Origin: Octopus vulgaris
Lineage: Eukaryota
Length of the DNA: 64,000 nt
NCBI GenBank assembly: GCA_951406725.2
Contig: OX597824.1
Coordinates: 70,370,001 to 70,434,000, forward strand
Reading direction: 5' to 3'
Both the position numbers and the translations under genes were made by a program. The first letter of the stretch is position 1, and each line of letters begins with the position of its first letter. The notes under the pieces were generated by a model. It saw nothing but the letters and a program-made list of their open reading frames with translations. It was not told where the DNA came from and searched no databases. Shown piece by piece: positions 30,481 through 44,927 of the stretch.

Positions 30481-30517
<37 letters not shown>

Positions 30518-31184
30518 CATATATGCATATACACATACACACACATTTATGTACGTATGTATGCAGTGAGACGTTTTAGCGTTTCTATTTGGTACTAATT
30601 ACCGTCTCCAACGAAGGACATTATTTAATTATAGATGTAATTAATTATTGTCAGAATATTTCAGTGAAAAAGAAACCGGGTATTCGTGCAACTAAATTCC
30701 ACTACTAAAATCTCTAAGATATTATACGGAGTGACTAACCTTAGCAGAAATAGCAGCTAAATATCCCTCAGGTCTTCTCCGAAACACTTAAGAATTGCAG
30801 CCTAATATCCCTCAAATCTTACCTGTAAGTAACACTTTAAAAAGAAATTCACGAGACACTTAATGATGCAACCCCAGGCGAACAACACCTGAAAAAACCG
30901 TGGTTGTCACGGCCGGAACGTCTTTGACAATACGGGCCGTTTCGTCAGGACTGACTTGGGGTTAAGGTTTAGCAGGAAGAATTACCACTACTGCTACTTC
31001 CACCACCAATATCAGAACAACGACAGTAACTACTTTCCAATTATTTGAATTCGCCACAAGGGTTGAGTATTGGTAGGACTTTACATGATGGATTGAGGCG
31101 TAATTTTGTATTGTGAGAGAAAAATCATTAGTTATATCAAGTGTAAGATACTTCATCTGTGTAACACAGATAGACAGACAGGCA

Positions 31185-31433
31185 AACCTACTCCTTCCCA
31201 AGTCATATAGACTCATAGGACCGGTTTCCCCGATTCTCCGGCGAATATACTCCCCCACTCGACTGGATGCCGGTCCATCGCAGGTATACACATTTCAGCC
31301 AGCTGAGTAAACTGGAGCAACGTGAAAATGGAGTGTTTTGCTCAAGAACACAACACAGTGTCTGGTCCAGGAATAGAAACCACAATCTTACGATCATGAG
31401 CCCAATACCCCTAACCACAAAGCCACGCGTCTC
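31185..31433 (-). mobile_element. SINE family D, uninterrupted copy
   Basis: Collinear with 1790-2300 once the MITE is removed. Confidence 0.82.
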
Positions 31434-31689
31434 AACTATAGATAGACAGAAGGTTATTGATTTTAAGGACGTGTTATCATAGATCGATACCGACTCTAGT
31501 ATTTAACAGGTTTTTCATCGACCTCAGAACGACGATAGAAGAGTGGGGTCACAATCGGCGCAATTTAGACACAAAACTTGAAATAAAAAACAAAAAAGGG
31601 GCCAACTTATAAGCGTTAGAGTTCAAGGAGCACAAATTGAGATTGTGTAGAAGTCGGGGTAATCGATTTCCTAAAAACAAACCCAAGGC

Positions 31690-32914
31690 CAGAAATTAAA
31701 GGAAGGAGTTAATCGATTATATCGACCCCGATAATTATCTTGTACTCATTTTCATCGACGCGAAAAGAATCTAATCAAAAAGAGAATTTAAAATTTTGAA
31801 AAATTAAAAGTATGACAGGCACGGGGTGAATTTGAACTCAAAACCTAGAGAGCCGAATTTAAATACGGCGAAGTAGTTTTTAACGTTCTCACCAGTCTTA
31901 CAATCCCCTGGTATATCCATACTTTTTCCAGTTAGTGGAGCTGAAATATGGGGGAAAGAATTTTCTCCATACCATCGATCCCTGTGTATGACAGGTACGT
32001 TTTTTTTTTATCGACCAGCGAGAGATAAATGGCAAAGTTGACCTCGGCAGGATTTGAACTTAGAACGTTCAAAGTTTGGAGCCTTAATACAGGAAAGCAT
32101 AGTTTTGCTTTGTCCACTAATGGCACGTATTATATAGGAAGCTATCAATAATAACATTGTAGCAAAACGGCGGTGCTTCAGCATGGCCACAGCTTTGAGC
32201 TGAAACTAAAAAATATTAAAAAAAAATTTTTGATAAAATTAAGATAATAATCGTTCCTACAATAGGCGGAAGGACCAAAATTTGGGGTGTGGGCGCCAGT
32301 CGATTACATCGAACCTCAGGGCGCAACTGGTACTTATTTCATCGATCCCGAAAGAATGAAAGATAAAGTCAATCCCAGCGGTATTTGAACTCAGAACGTA
32401 ATGAGTCGGAAAGAATACAGGTAGGCATTTTTTTCCGATGCGCTAACGATTCAGCCAGATCGTACCCCTAATAATAAAACTTTTCTAATATCAGCACTAA
32501 ACTTGAAAGTTTTGAGGCGGGGGGCAGTCAATATAAATCGACCCCAGTGCTAAACTGGTACTTATTTTAACGACGCCCCAAAAGGATGAAGGGCAATGTC
32601 GTCCTCGGCGGAATTTGAACTCTGGACATAACGAGTCGAAAGAAATACCAGAGAGGATTTTTTTCCGATGCGCTAACGAATCTGCCAACTTGTAACCCCC
32701 AACAATCCTTTCTACTATAAACACAGGGCCTGAAATTTTGGGGGAAGGGGGACTAGTCGATTACATCGGACTCAATGTTTCACTGGTACTTAATTTATCG
32801 ACTCCGAAAGGGATGAAAAGCAAAATCGACCACGGCGGAATTTGAACTCAGACGGACGAAATACGGCCAAGGATTTTTTGCCCGGAGTGCTTATGATTTT
32901 GCCAGTTCGCCGCC
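31690..32914 (-). mobile_element. Head-to-tail cluster of about 5 diverged SINE family A copies
   Basis: Repeated ATTTGAACTC and ACTGGTACTT..ATCGA motifs, all on the minus strand. Confidence 0.82.
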
Positions 32915-33911
32915 TTGCTAATCCTAATACTAAAAATAATAAAGATAGTCAGACGACAAATATTCTTGTAGTAATTGATGCACATGACACAGCATCCAAA
33001 CTGCTTACCTAAAAAAAGGTTGAGAGATTCGCGTTGTGGACTTATAGTAAAGTGCAATACTATATTCTGCAAGAAACCCATGAAAAATTATTGAGGTCTG
33101 AGAAGATTTGTTGCCATCAACTCTCAACAAAACTTCCATGCTAATATAGCATATAACAGTTTTAATAATGATGTGAAGAAATTATTTTGCTAGTCACAAC
33201 GTGCGTTCGAGTATTTCGCTTGAAACAAGTTTAACTAAGGGACGTAACTGAAGACACAATCAAAGCATCCAGCAAAAGGGGTGTGGGCATGGCCCTGTGG
33301 TCAAGAAGTGTTCTTCGCAACCTCCTTATTTCAGGGGAAGAACTCCTTATCAATGAAACTGGCGAATGGAAACTGTACAGAAGCCTCTCATGTATGTATG
33401 TGATTGCGCGCGCGCGTGTGTGTGTGTGTGTGTGTGTGTTGGTGCATGGCATAGTGGTTAGGGGTTATGCACTCACGGTCGTGAGGTCATGGTTTCAGTT
33501 CCTGGACCAAGTGGTGCGTTGGGTTCTTGAGCAAAACACTTCATCACATGTTGCTCTGCTGCGATTACTTCGATACCTGACGAGTGGTATACACCGTGCA
33601 CCTGTTCAGGTGACACCGGTTTAATGGAAGAAATGAGCTGATAGACTACAAAGAAGCATGTATGCATATATGTATGCATGTATGTATGTATGCGTGTATG
33701 TATGTATGTGTGTATGTATGTATGTATGTGTGTGTGTGTGTGTGTGTGTATGTGTGTATGTATGTATGTATGTATGTATGTATGTATATAAGCAAGCTGT
33801 TTTTATGTCAGCTTGTAATATATATAAAATCAATTTTAAAATTAAACTGAAGGATTACTCATAATTTTTAGCTAGTATCAATCAATTTTTAGTCGAAGAA
33901 AAGTTATCAGA

Positions 33912-34060
33912 GACCTCGAAATTTCAGATACTCGCTTTCATTCAGGTACCTTCCCTCTATATCACTCACTCACCTCCAAAAAAACTGGCCCAAAACAATA
34001 TAAGACCAAAAAGAATTTGATGAAGGCTACCAAGTCCAAACTTCGAAGTTACTGTCACCC
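33912..34060. other. Divergent pair of decayed hammerhead-like motifs (Penelope-type repeat)
   Basis: Minus 33945-33912: CTGAATGA..GAAA-TTTCGAGG-TC. Plus 34017-34050: TTGATGA-A-GGCT/AGTC-CAAA-CTTCGAAG-TT, followed by ACTGTCACCC. Confidence 0.5.
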
Positions 34061-34169
34061 TTTTTCTAGTAAAAGTGTGTGTGTGTGTGTACCATTAGTT
34101 TTGAATCGTAAGTTAGAGTTCTGTCAAATAGAGAAGTAAATTACAAAAAAACTTCAAAATATTAGTAAT

Positions 34170-35640
34170 AATTCTAATCTAGGCACAAGGCTAACAACTT
34201 TGAGGGGAGGGGCCTAAGTTGATTACATCAACCCCAATGCTAATCTGCCTCTTTATTTATGGTCCCCTAGAGGCAAAGTTAACACCAGCGGAATTTGAAC
34301 TCGGAACGTAAAGAACCGGAAGAAAATGTCGCTAAGCAAATTTTGTCCGATTCGATAAAGATCCTCTCGGCTCACCGCTTTTAAAATAATTGTTTCAAAT
34401 TTTGGCACAAGGCCAGTAAATTTTCCGAGGAGGGAACGGCCGACTATATTGACCTCAGTGCTCGACTGGTTCGTATTTTATCGACCCCGAATGGACGAAA
34501 GGTAATAATAAATAGTGCGATTGACTGATTGGATTTTTTTTTTTAAATAATCTTCATGGCGTGTTCTGCTTTAAACAACCTTATCAATGGAACGAAATTG
34601 AAGACATAACCGAAGCATTTATAAATTTACAAAAAAAAAAAAAAAGGAATGTTATGAAATTCTATAAATTTATGCTTTGAAATTGAAATAAGAATATTCA
34701 AAATACGGTAAATTTTCGCGTGAAATCAAAGGGAGTGAAATTTCCGTGGGCTCCACTTCCACCTCACCCCGTTTTCCGGACAAAAAAAAAAAAAGGTTTC
34801 GTGGCATATTAGGAGTTCACGTAAATTCATACTACGAAAAAAAAAAATTTCCAAAAGGTCCGGACCACCAAAATAAGGGATTTGCGGAAAAGTAGGAGGT
34901 CAGGGGAGTTGATTCTACGCAAAAGAAAATTTTTTATGTGGTGGGTGGGGGGGTGAAAAGCGTGGGGGAGGGTCGAGGTGGTAAAAATTTACATAACAAT
35001 CCTTTCTAATCTAGGTACAATGCCAGCAACTTTTAAGGATAAGTTGGGTAAGTGGATTACAACGACCCCTCAGTCAACTGTTTTTATTGACCCCGAAAGG
35101 ATGAGCGGTAAGGTATAAAACGGCAAGATCTAAAGCTAAGAAAGAGCCGGAAAATATCCCACTAAACAATTTGTCCGGAGCACTAACGGTTTTGCCAGCT
35201 TACCATTTTAATGGTAACCTTTTCTATAACAGGAACAAGGTTTGAATTTTTTTCATTTCTTTTTTAGGGGTTGGAGAGAGGGCTAGTTGAGTTCATCGAC
35301 CAAAGTGCTCAACTGGTACTTATTTTATCGATCTTAGGGAAGATAAAACGCTAAGTCGACATCAGAGACATTTCAATTCAAAGCGTTAAAGCCGGAAGAA
35401 ATGCTGTTAAGCATTTTTATCCGGCGTCCTAACAGTTCTGCCAGCACGCTTATTCATATTGCTTTCAGATTTTAGCACAAGGCCAGCAATTTCGGGGTAA
35501 GGGCAAAAGTCGATTGATTACATTCGACCCCAAGTGCTCAACTGGTACTTTGTTTTATCGACCCCCGAAAGAATGAAAAGCATAATCGAGCCTGGCGGCA
35601 TTTGCACTCAGAACGTTAAGTCGGAAAAAATGCCGCGGTT
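34170..35640 (-). mobile_element. Cluster of about 5 diverged SINE family A copies, with an unrelated segment at about 34505-34990
   Basis: Repeated GCACAAGG..GATTACA..GACCCC..GAAAG motifs. Confidence 0.75.
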
Positions 35641-35642
35641 AA

Positions 35643-35877
35643 GGCGGCGAACGGGCAGAATCGTTAGCACGCCGGTCGAAATGCGTAGCGGTATTTTCGT
35701 CTGCCGTTACGTTCTGAGTTCAAATTCCGCCGAGGTCGACTTTGCCTTTCATCCTTTCGGGGTCGATAAATTAAGTACCAGTTACGCACTGGGGTCGATA
35801 TAATCGACTTTAATCCGTTTGTCTATCCTTGTTTGTCCTCTCTGTGTTTAGCCCCTTGTGGGTAGTAAAGAAATAGG
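35643..35877 (+). mobile_element. SINE family A, young full-length copy
   Basis: Near-identical to 3870-4103. Confidence 0.9.
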
Positions 35878-36410
35878 AAAAAAATTCTATCAGCTCACCG
35901 TCTTCGCTGCCTTATTCATATTAATAATAAGAAACAATAGAATTTCTAACGCAATTTACTACTAAATAAATTCATGAGTAACTTAAATACATTAGAAGAG
36001 TACTTAAGGAGTTGTATGTAAGGCAAAGGCAAGGCGGTACAGAATTATCGAATAAATCTGATCTACTTAGATGGGAAAAAAGGTCCACATGTGAAAGTTA
36101 GAAAAAGCTCCGAAGGATGTCGTTCCTTAGAACAAGAGTATAAATTACGACTGAGACACGAGAAGAAGATAATAGTAAAACAGAAGAGAAAGTAGATGGT
36201 GTTAGGAAATGGAAATTGTGTGTGATTTCGTGACAACCATGCCTTTCTATTTATTGTAAAACATTTACATATGTTCAAAGCGATGACTAGAAGAGCCGGT
36301 ACAAAAAAATAGACGGTAATATATGTATGTGTGTGTGTATAAAAAAAAGATAGATAGAAAGATAATGATATACACGTGTGTGTATGTATGTGTGTGTGTG
36401 TATAAAAAAG

Positions 36411-36504
<94 letters not shown>

Positions 36505-36565
36505 TAGATAGATAGAAAGATAGATAGATAGATAGACAGACAGATAGATAGACAGACAGACAGAC

Positions 36566-36604
<39 letters not shown>

Positions 36605-36618
36605 TAGATAGATAGATA
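36411..36618. repeat. (GATA)n/(GACA)n microsatellite
   Basis: Direct reading. Confidence 0.95.
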
Positions 36619-36630
36619 ACGATATACATT

Positions 36631-36661
<31 letters not shown>

Positions 36662-37094
36662 GTGTATAATTCTAGAAAGTATTTAGTGGAAAGCTCCGAT
36701 AAAGTAGCGGACACGTGCTAAAAAAAATGATGATGATGATGGTGGTGGTCGTGGTCGTGGTTCCTCGCAATGAGTCTCCCCCGACTCCCCCATCCCTCTC
36801 TACTCTCCCCACTCACACACACACACACATACATGCATACAAAGACGGGGCGAAATGCGAGATTTAAAGAAAAAAAAATATTAATAGCGCGTGTTATTAC
36901 GAAGGAAGCTGAAATGCGTGTGATGTTGTAACAGTCATGCCCCTTCCACAATATGCAGTCAAGTATATATACACACATTCACTCGCATAAAAAATACATA
37001 GAACGTGGTGAAAATATTGATAATCATAATTATCAATATTTTTTAAATATATTTTATGTATGTAAATAGATATGTAAATAGATATGTGTGTGTG

Positions 37095-37139
<45 letters not shown>

Positions 37140-37239
37140 CATACACACACATACATACAAGAACAAGCAAGAAAAAACAACAACGCGAGAACGTGGAACA
37201 AGTACTGTGTTACACTATTAGACGCTCAGGAAAGGAAAG

Positions 37240-37715
<476 letters not shown>

Positions 37716-37865
37716 CACACATGCATATATATTATACAGAGCATTTATATGTAATATACATAGATATCATATGTATGTATAAAGTTCTTAAATAGTAAAT
37801 AATAGTAATGGTAATCAAAATATTAAAACGTATACATGTGCATCGTGTTTATATTTTATATACGT

Positions 37866-37911
<46 letters not shown>

Positions 37912-38161
37912 CTCTTTATATATAATATGTATATATATATATGTAAATATATGTAAATATATGTATATATATGTATATATATATATATATATATATACAC
38001 AAATAAATATATGTGTATGTATATGTTTGTATATGTGTGTATATATATATATATATTGAGAGAGACGTCACGCTACATATGTAAGCATCTATATGTAAAC
38101 CGCGTGAATACCTTACATACACACACACACACATACAGACACACGCACACACACACATACA

Positions 38162-38212
<51 letters not shown>

Positions 38213-39046
38213 CTACGTATGTACATGCGTATATATGCGACACAACAAACTAACATTCACAGAGTGCAAATTCAGAGCTTCGGTAATAAATAATGCTTGT
38301 TCTTAAAGACAAATAACAAAACGATTATTGTCGTTATTATCATCATTATTATTATTATTATTAAGACACTTACTACATAGATCCGGGTCTGAAGCAGAAT
38401 CTCTTTCTCTCTCTCTCTCTCTCTCTTTCCTTTTTTTCTTTTCCTTGTTTCCTCGAAGCTTGTTACTATCCTATTATAAATATTTAATTCCTTGTTACTT
38501 TCTTCCTTAAAGCTCCGTGAAGAAGTGCGTGTGTTTGTTGCGATACACTCAAACTAACTCAAGAGCATACTTGATTGATCTTGGTGGCCGGGTCGGCGGC
38601 GGTGGTGGCGGTGGTAGTGGTGGTTGAATGTAGTTAAAGATGAAGATGAAGATGGTGAAGATGAAGATGGTGATGATGATGGAGATGATGTTGTTTCTTG
38701 CTGATGGTACTTAGAAACGATGATAGACGTTGATAGTACTTGACGATGATGACGATGATGATGATGATGACTACAAGTTAATGATAGCAGTACCAACAGT
38801 GGTGTGTGTGTATGTATGTGTACATATATATATATATGTGTGTGTGTGTACAAAAATTCTATAATTATGAGTATAATTATAATTAGGGTTCAGCAAAACT
38901 TGCTTCACCACATACTGAAATTTAGAAATAGCAGTTAAAAACTACTATTCTACTACTGGAATTATTGATAATATATTATATATGTATGTATATACGTACG
39001 TATATATATATGTATATATATATATATAAATGTATGTATATGTATA

Positions 39047-39095
<49 letters not shown>

Positions 39096-39108
39096 ATGTA
39101 TATGTATG

Positions 39109-39163
<55 letters not shown>

Positions 39164-39508
39164 ATGAAGTGAGAAAGATTAAAAGATTTTGGCAACAAGC
39201 ATGAAAGAAAGAGAAGAGATGAGTGACAGAGAGACGGAGGAAAAGTGAAAGAAACAGACAAACCGACACACAGACATACAGACAAACAGGTGGAGAGAGA
39301 GAGAGAAAAGTGTGGGGGTTGGGAAGGGCTCTTGAAGACAAGAAAATGAGAGCGGGGGAGGGGGTGTCTTTCTGTTATGTTTTTTTTGTTTTCGAAGAAA
39401 AATAAAGAAAGCATTATTTTATTATTTTCCTCCAAAAGTGTGGGGGAGTGTCTTAAGTGTCAGAATCTACTTTAGTTAAATCCTGGACAAGTGCACATGC
39501 ATACATGC

Positions 39509-39605
<97 letters not shown>

Positions 39606-39618
39606 TGTATATATATAC

Positions 39619-39649
<31 letters not shown>

Positions 39650-39651
39650 TG

Positions 39652-39686
<35 letters not shown>

Positions 39687-39762
39687 GCAACAAATATAAA
39701 TAAGCGCTATTTATTTATAAGAAAACACCTATATATATCCATAAAAATGTATATATTCAAAG

Positions 39763-39808
<46 letters not shown>

Positions 39809-39836
39809 ATACATATACACATATATGTATATGTGT

Positions 39837-40006
39837 GTACTTGTTTCAGTCATTTGACTGTGGCCATGGTGGAGCACCTCCTTTAGTCGAGCAAATCGAC
39901 CCCAGGACTTATTCTATCGGTCTGTTTTGACAAACTGCTAAGTTACGGGGACGTAAACATACCAGCGTCGGTTGTTAAGCTATGTTGGGGGAGGGGACAA
40001 ACACAG

Positions 40007-40039
<33 letters not shown>

Positions 40040-40150
40040 CATATAAACGACAGGATTCTTTCAGTTTCCGTCTACCAAATCCACTCACAAGGCCCAATGC
40101 TATAGTAGAAGACACTGAACCCGGAACCATGTGGTTCGTAAGCAAGCTAC
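39837..40150 (-). mobile_element. SINE family B with internal deletions
   Basis: Homology to 2452-2843. Confidence 0.85.
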
Positions 40151-40576
40151 GTCAGTGTGTGCACGTGTGTGTGTGTATAATAATTCAAAAGACACTCAAC
40201 TCTTAACATAAAGTGAACCTTCGAAGTACAGGCCCGAATCCCTCCTTTGGGCTTCAACATAGTTTTCATAGATCAATTTAATATTATACTCGACCTCAGG
40301 ATGTATTAAAAGAAAACAGTGAATAAACACACACACACATGCATATATATAATATGCATGCATATTATATATATACACACAATCACACACACACACATAT
40401 ATATATATATACATATATAAATTAACACATAGTGGTCGTATACTGTCAACTCAATGCGACAGTCCCGTAAGGGAATTACACTACCGCCATTTAGCCCTAG
40501 GAAACATCGACGTCTCTTGTCGGCTTTGACACATTTTCTGTGTCCTTTATAAACACACACACACACACACACACAC

Positions 40577-40644
<68 letters not shown>

Positions 40645-40988
40645 AAGTTCATACACACACACACATATATATATACATACATATATATATAAATTCACAC
40701 ACATTATATATATAAAAATTCATACACACACATGTGTATATATATATGTATATATATATATATACGGCAAGATTAAGCTATGAGCGTGAAGAGCCGGAAA
40801 AAATTCCACTAAACATTTTCTCCGGCGTGCAAACGATTCTGCCAGCTTACCGCCTTAACAATAATCTTTACAACAAGAACAATATTATATAATATATATA
40901 ATAATGTTCATTTTTATGTTATGTTTACGTTTAATTTACATTAAACATAAAAGATTACTTAATACTTCATTTTTTAACTAAATTTTTG

Positions 40989-41033
40989 ACAGTGAATTCG
41001 AAGTTTCGACCAGCTAATCCATCATCGAACTGT
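40989..41033 (-). other. Decayed type I hammerhead-like motif
   Basis: ACAGT-TCGATGA-T-GGATTAGCTGGTC-GAAA-CTTCGAAT-TC-ACTGT. Stem I is a perfect 5 bp, but the core reads TC where CT is expected. Confidence 0.55.
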
Positions 41034-42023
41034 ATACGTGTGTGTGTGTGTGATGGTCTGCCCTTCAGTAGGTCTTGTGAACGTCCTCCAGTACTCCCTA
41101 TATGACCCCGGGTGGGCCCGTACCCTCCCTTTGCTGCCCTTAATTAGATTAATGGCACTTCGACTCTCGTGACTAAACTTGGGATGAATTTACTAGGTGG
41201 GAGAGGTTTCCCGTTGCATTCCCGACGTAGGTTGGATTTGAAATCAGGATACAGGGAGCCGGAAGATATACTATAAAGCATTTCTGCCAATTCGCCAACA
41301 ATTCTGCAACGTGAAATGAAGTGCTTTTGCTCAAGAAAAAAACCACATCGCTTGGCCCGGGAATCGAACCCACGCTCTAACGATCATGAGTGCAACACCT
41401 TAACCACTAGGCCACGCGCACACATACACACACAGATACATACATGATTACATTATATAATTATATACATACATAGCTCTGTACATATATGAATACATGC
41501 ACACGTGTTATATACGTTGAGTACATGATTATAGATAATTGCCACAAATTCATAAAACTGTATGGGCAGCGTGTAAGGTGCCAGGGGAGGGAGTGTAATT
41601 GTTAGAATCGACCTACATAGTCACATACAACTCTGGTACGACTCATTAATACCGATCAGGACGAAGAGCAGGATCGAACAGTTGCCAGATTTGAACTCTC
41701 AACGCAGTGAAAGAGAGGGTGAGAGAGATGGGGGGAGGGAGACATATGGTGGAGAGAGATGGAGGGGAGAGAGAGAGAGAGAGAGAGCTTCAACAGCACT
41801 TGAACTTTTTTTTATGACCCTCGAATCGAAATGAAAGGCAAAATCGACCAGAACTGGATTTGAACCAAGATAGCCGGAGTGAACGGCCGAAAAGCGCATG
41901 CATCCTATCCAACTCGGCCAAGTTGCAGACTTGAATCTTAAGATAAACTATTCTTGGGAAAATAGAACCGGAATGTCATGGCTGGAATGCAATAGATTTA
42001 TAATAGGTCTTTCTCTGCTAGAT

Positions 42024-42240
42024 GAGGCGCGTGGCCTCGTGGCTAGAGTGCTGTTGCTCTTTCGATCGCAAGACCGTAGTTTCGATTCCCGGACTGGGCT
42101 GTGAGTTGTGTTCTTGAGCAAGACACTTTATTTCACGTTGCTCCAGTCCATTCAGCTGTAAATGAGAGTAACCTTGCAACGTACTGGCGCCCCTTCGGGG
42201 GTGGGGATTTGGTCTGGGTCACTTAAACGCCATGGAAACC
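42024..42240 (+). mobile_element. SINE family D
   Basis: GAGGCGCGTGGCCTCGTGG..GTTTCGATTCCCGG..TGTGTTCTTGAGCAAGACACTT. Confidence 0.8.
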
Positions 42241-42249
42241 CTAACAGAT

Positions 42250-42845
42250 GCTCAATTAGAGTTAATGTGAAACGGAGCTAAACAACAGCATGAGACTGCT
42301 AGAAATAGCAGCTAAATCATACAACCCATAACATCCTTAACATCAGGAGTACACACTATTCCTGAGAAAATATGAAAGGCGTTGGATGGTCACAACTGGA
42401 ACACTTTTGATCACAGAATGTCTTACTCGATCACGGCTCCGACCTGGGGCTAAACAGCAACATCAAGAAGACAAAATGAGTGTAGTGTAGTTGGGGAGGG
42501 TTACACACTATACCTAACAAATATGAAAAGATAGGGGTGGTCACAACTGGAACGCTTATGTGATGATACGTCGCCTACACGATCACGGCAGACCGAGGGT
42601 TATATAACAATAAGATCAATAAATAATGTAGAATGGGTGGGGGGGAAGAATGGGGTATTGACGGTGGGGGGGGGGGTAGCTTTTCTACAAAACAAAAATT
42701 TTACAAAAAATATAAAAATGCGGCGGGATTGTCGCAGAAAGAATGGTTTCGAACAGTAGTTTGTCGACCCGATCAGGCCCTGACGTGGGGTTCAACAAGG
42801 TGGTGGTAGTAAAAGGTGATGATGATGATGATGATGATGATGATG
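42250..42845 (+). mobile_element. 596-bp insertion (family E pieces) with a (GAT)n tail between 23-bp direct repeats
   Basis: ACGCCATGGAAACCCTAACAGAT at 42227-42249 and 42846-42868. Confidence 0.6.
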
Positions 42846-43112
42846 ACGCCATGGAAACCCTAACAGATTCCCGTTGGTCGTCGTTGTAGTGGTAGTGATA
42901 ATGATGATAATGCTGGTGATGGTTGTGGTGTAGATAATGATGACCAGGGCGTCAACGCTGACGCTCTAGTTTGGCAAAGGGCCCGCGACATAGCAAAAGA
43001 ATCAACGTGGAGTTTATATTGAGACCAATCAAACCAATTAATCATTATTATTATTGTTTATATATATACATACATACACACACAGACACACACACACACA
43101 CATACATACATA

Positions 43113-43385
43113 AGGCGAGCTGGCAGAATCGTTAGCACGCTGGACGAAATGATTAGCGATATTTCGCCTGTCGCTACGTTCTGGGTTCAAATTCTGCCGA
43201 GGTCAACCTTTCATACTTTCGGGAGTCGATAGCACGCTGGACGAAATGATTAGCGATATTTCGCCTGTCGCTACGTTCTGGGTTCAAATTCTGCCGAGGT
43301 CAACCTTTCATACTTTCGGGAGTCGATAAAATAAAACTCATCCCCTCGCCCAAAAATGCTGTCCTTGTGGCAAAATTTTAAACCA
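43113..43385 (+). mobile_element. SINE family A with an exact 97-bp local tandem duplication
   Basis: TAGCACGCTGGACG at 43133 and 43230; both units share the same private variants. Confidence 0.88.
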
Positions 43386-43402
43386 TTATTAATATTATTA
43401 TT

Positions 43403-43446
<44 letters not shown>

Positions 43447-43832
43447 CGAAATTATTGATTACCCTCAAACGTAACAACTGATAAAACACAACTCTTTAGT
43501 GACGAGGATTTGAACTTCGAACCAGAGGGGGGGATATGAAAGGTGCGACCACGTGGTCGCTCGAAATAGTAGTTGTATTTCTCTCTGATAATACACCTAA
43601 CTTCCTAAACAAACGAATAATAATAATAATAATAATAACAATGGTTTCAAATTTTGGCACACGGTCAGCAATTTCGGGGGAGGGGGAGAGGAGAGGGTCA
43701 GTCGATTACATCGACTCTCGTACTCAATTGGTACTTGCTTTAACGATCCCCAAAAGGACGAAGGGCAATGTCGTCACCGGCGGAATTTCATGAACCCCCC
43801 AAAACGACGAAATGTAAATTCGACAAGATTAA

Positions 43833-44229
43833 TACTTTTTACTTCTGTTTCTGTCATTTGACTGTGGGCCATGCTGGAGCACCGCCTTTAGTCGAGCGAA
43901 TCGACGACCCCAGGACTTATTCTTTGTAAGCCTAGTACTTATTCTATCGGTCTCTTTGGCCGAACCGCTAAGTTACGGGGTACGTAAACACACACACCAG
44001 CATCGGTTGTCAAGCGATGTTAGGGGGGAACAAACACAGACACACAAACATATACACACACATACACATAAATAAACATATATACGACGGGCTTCTTTCA
44101 GTTTCCGTCTACCAAATTCATTCACAAGGCTTTGGTCGATCCGAGGCTATAGTAGAAGCTGCCATGCAGTGGGACTGAACCCGGAACCATGTGGTTCGTA
44201 AGCAAGCTACTTACCACACAGCCACTCCT
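43833..44229 (-). mobile_element. SINE family B, near full length
   Basis: Collinear with 2452-2843. Confidence 0.9.
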
Positions 44230-44655
44230 TAATAATAATTATTATCATTATCAATAATATTTTTATTGTTGCTGTTATACACGGTAATCCAAGATTGCCA
44301 TTGCATATAGGGAAAAAAGACAGGGTGGTCATGGGAGAAACGCCTTTGAAAATGCAAAATAATGAATGACTTGGGGCTTGAGCAATTAAGATAGCAACAC
44401 CAAGAAAACCACTAAAAAAAAATATAAAAAACGGTAAGAAAAAAACAGTAACTTCCACCACCGTTCATACTATTACGGTACACCCACACCAATTAATAAT
44501 AAATAGCAATGTGGGGGCACGTGACGGGAGCCGACAAAAGTGTCGCGGGGACCTCTACGTAGTCACACGACCTGTTAGAAAATAACAGCCGTAGTGACAA
44601 AACAGCTGGTCACCCCGCCAACACAATTTGCACACCCACATCTCACAGGAAGAAA

Positions 44656-44715
<60 letters not shown>

Positions 44716-44716
<1 letters not shown>

Positions 44717-44927
44717 AACTTAGATATGTTTCGACCAAAGATTGGTCCAGGGCCATGTCTAACTTAATAGCACCACCTGATAGGATTATGTAAATCCTGT
44801 TTAAGTCAGGTTTTGTTTATGGTCCATTCAAGTAGTGAGTTTTTGTTGGGTGAGTTGTATCCAATTATGGGTGGCTTATCTGGTATTCCTTGAAGGAATC
44901 TATCCAGACTCCGTTTAAAGTTGATGG

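Noticed and set aside
34036-34070. Helitron/Helentron 3' end suggested by a palindrome followed by CTAGT
   Set aside because: The CTAG is absent from the other copies of this motif, and the hammerhead reading explains more of the conserved positions. Not fully excluded.
34505-34990. Possible non-autonomous Helentron-like element (AAATCAAAGGGAG motif, G-rich end)
   Set aside because: Single copy in the window with no definable termini; cannot be supported.
38554-38853. His/Ser-rich 99-aa ORF resembling a transcription-factor low-complexity region
   Set aside because: Made of trinucleotide repeats, begins in a CA/TA microsatellite, and has no domain.
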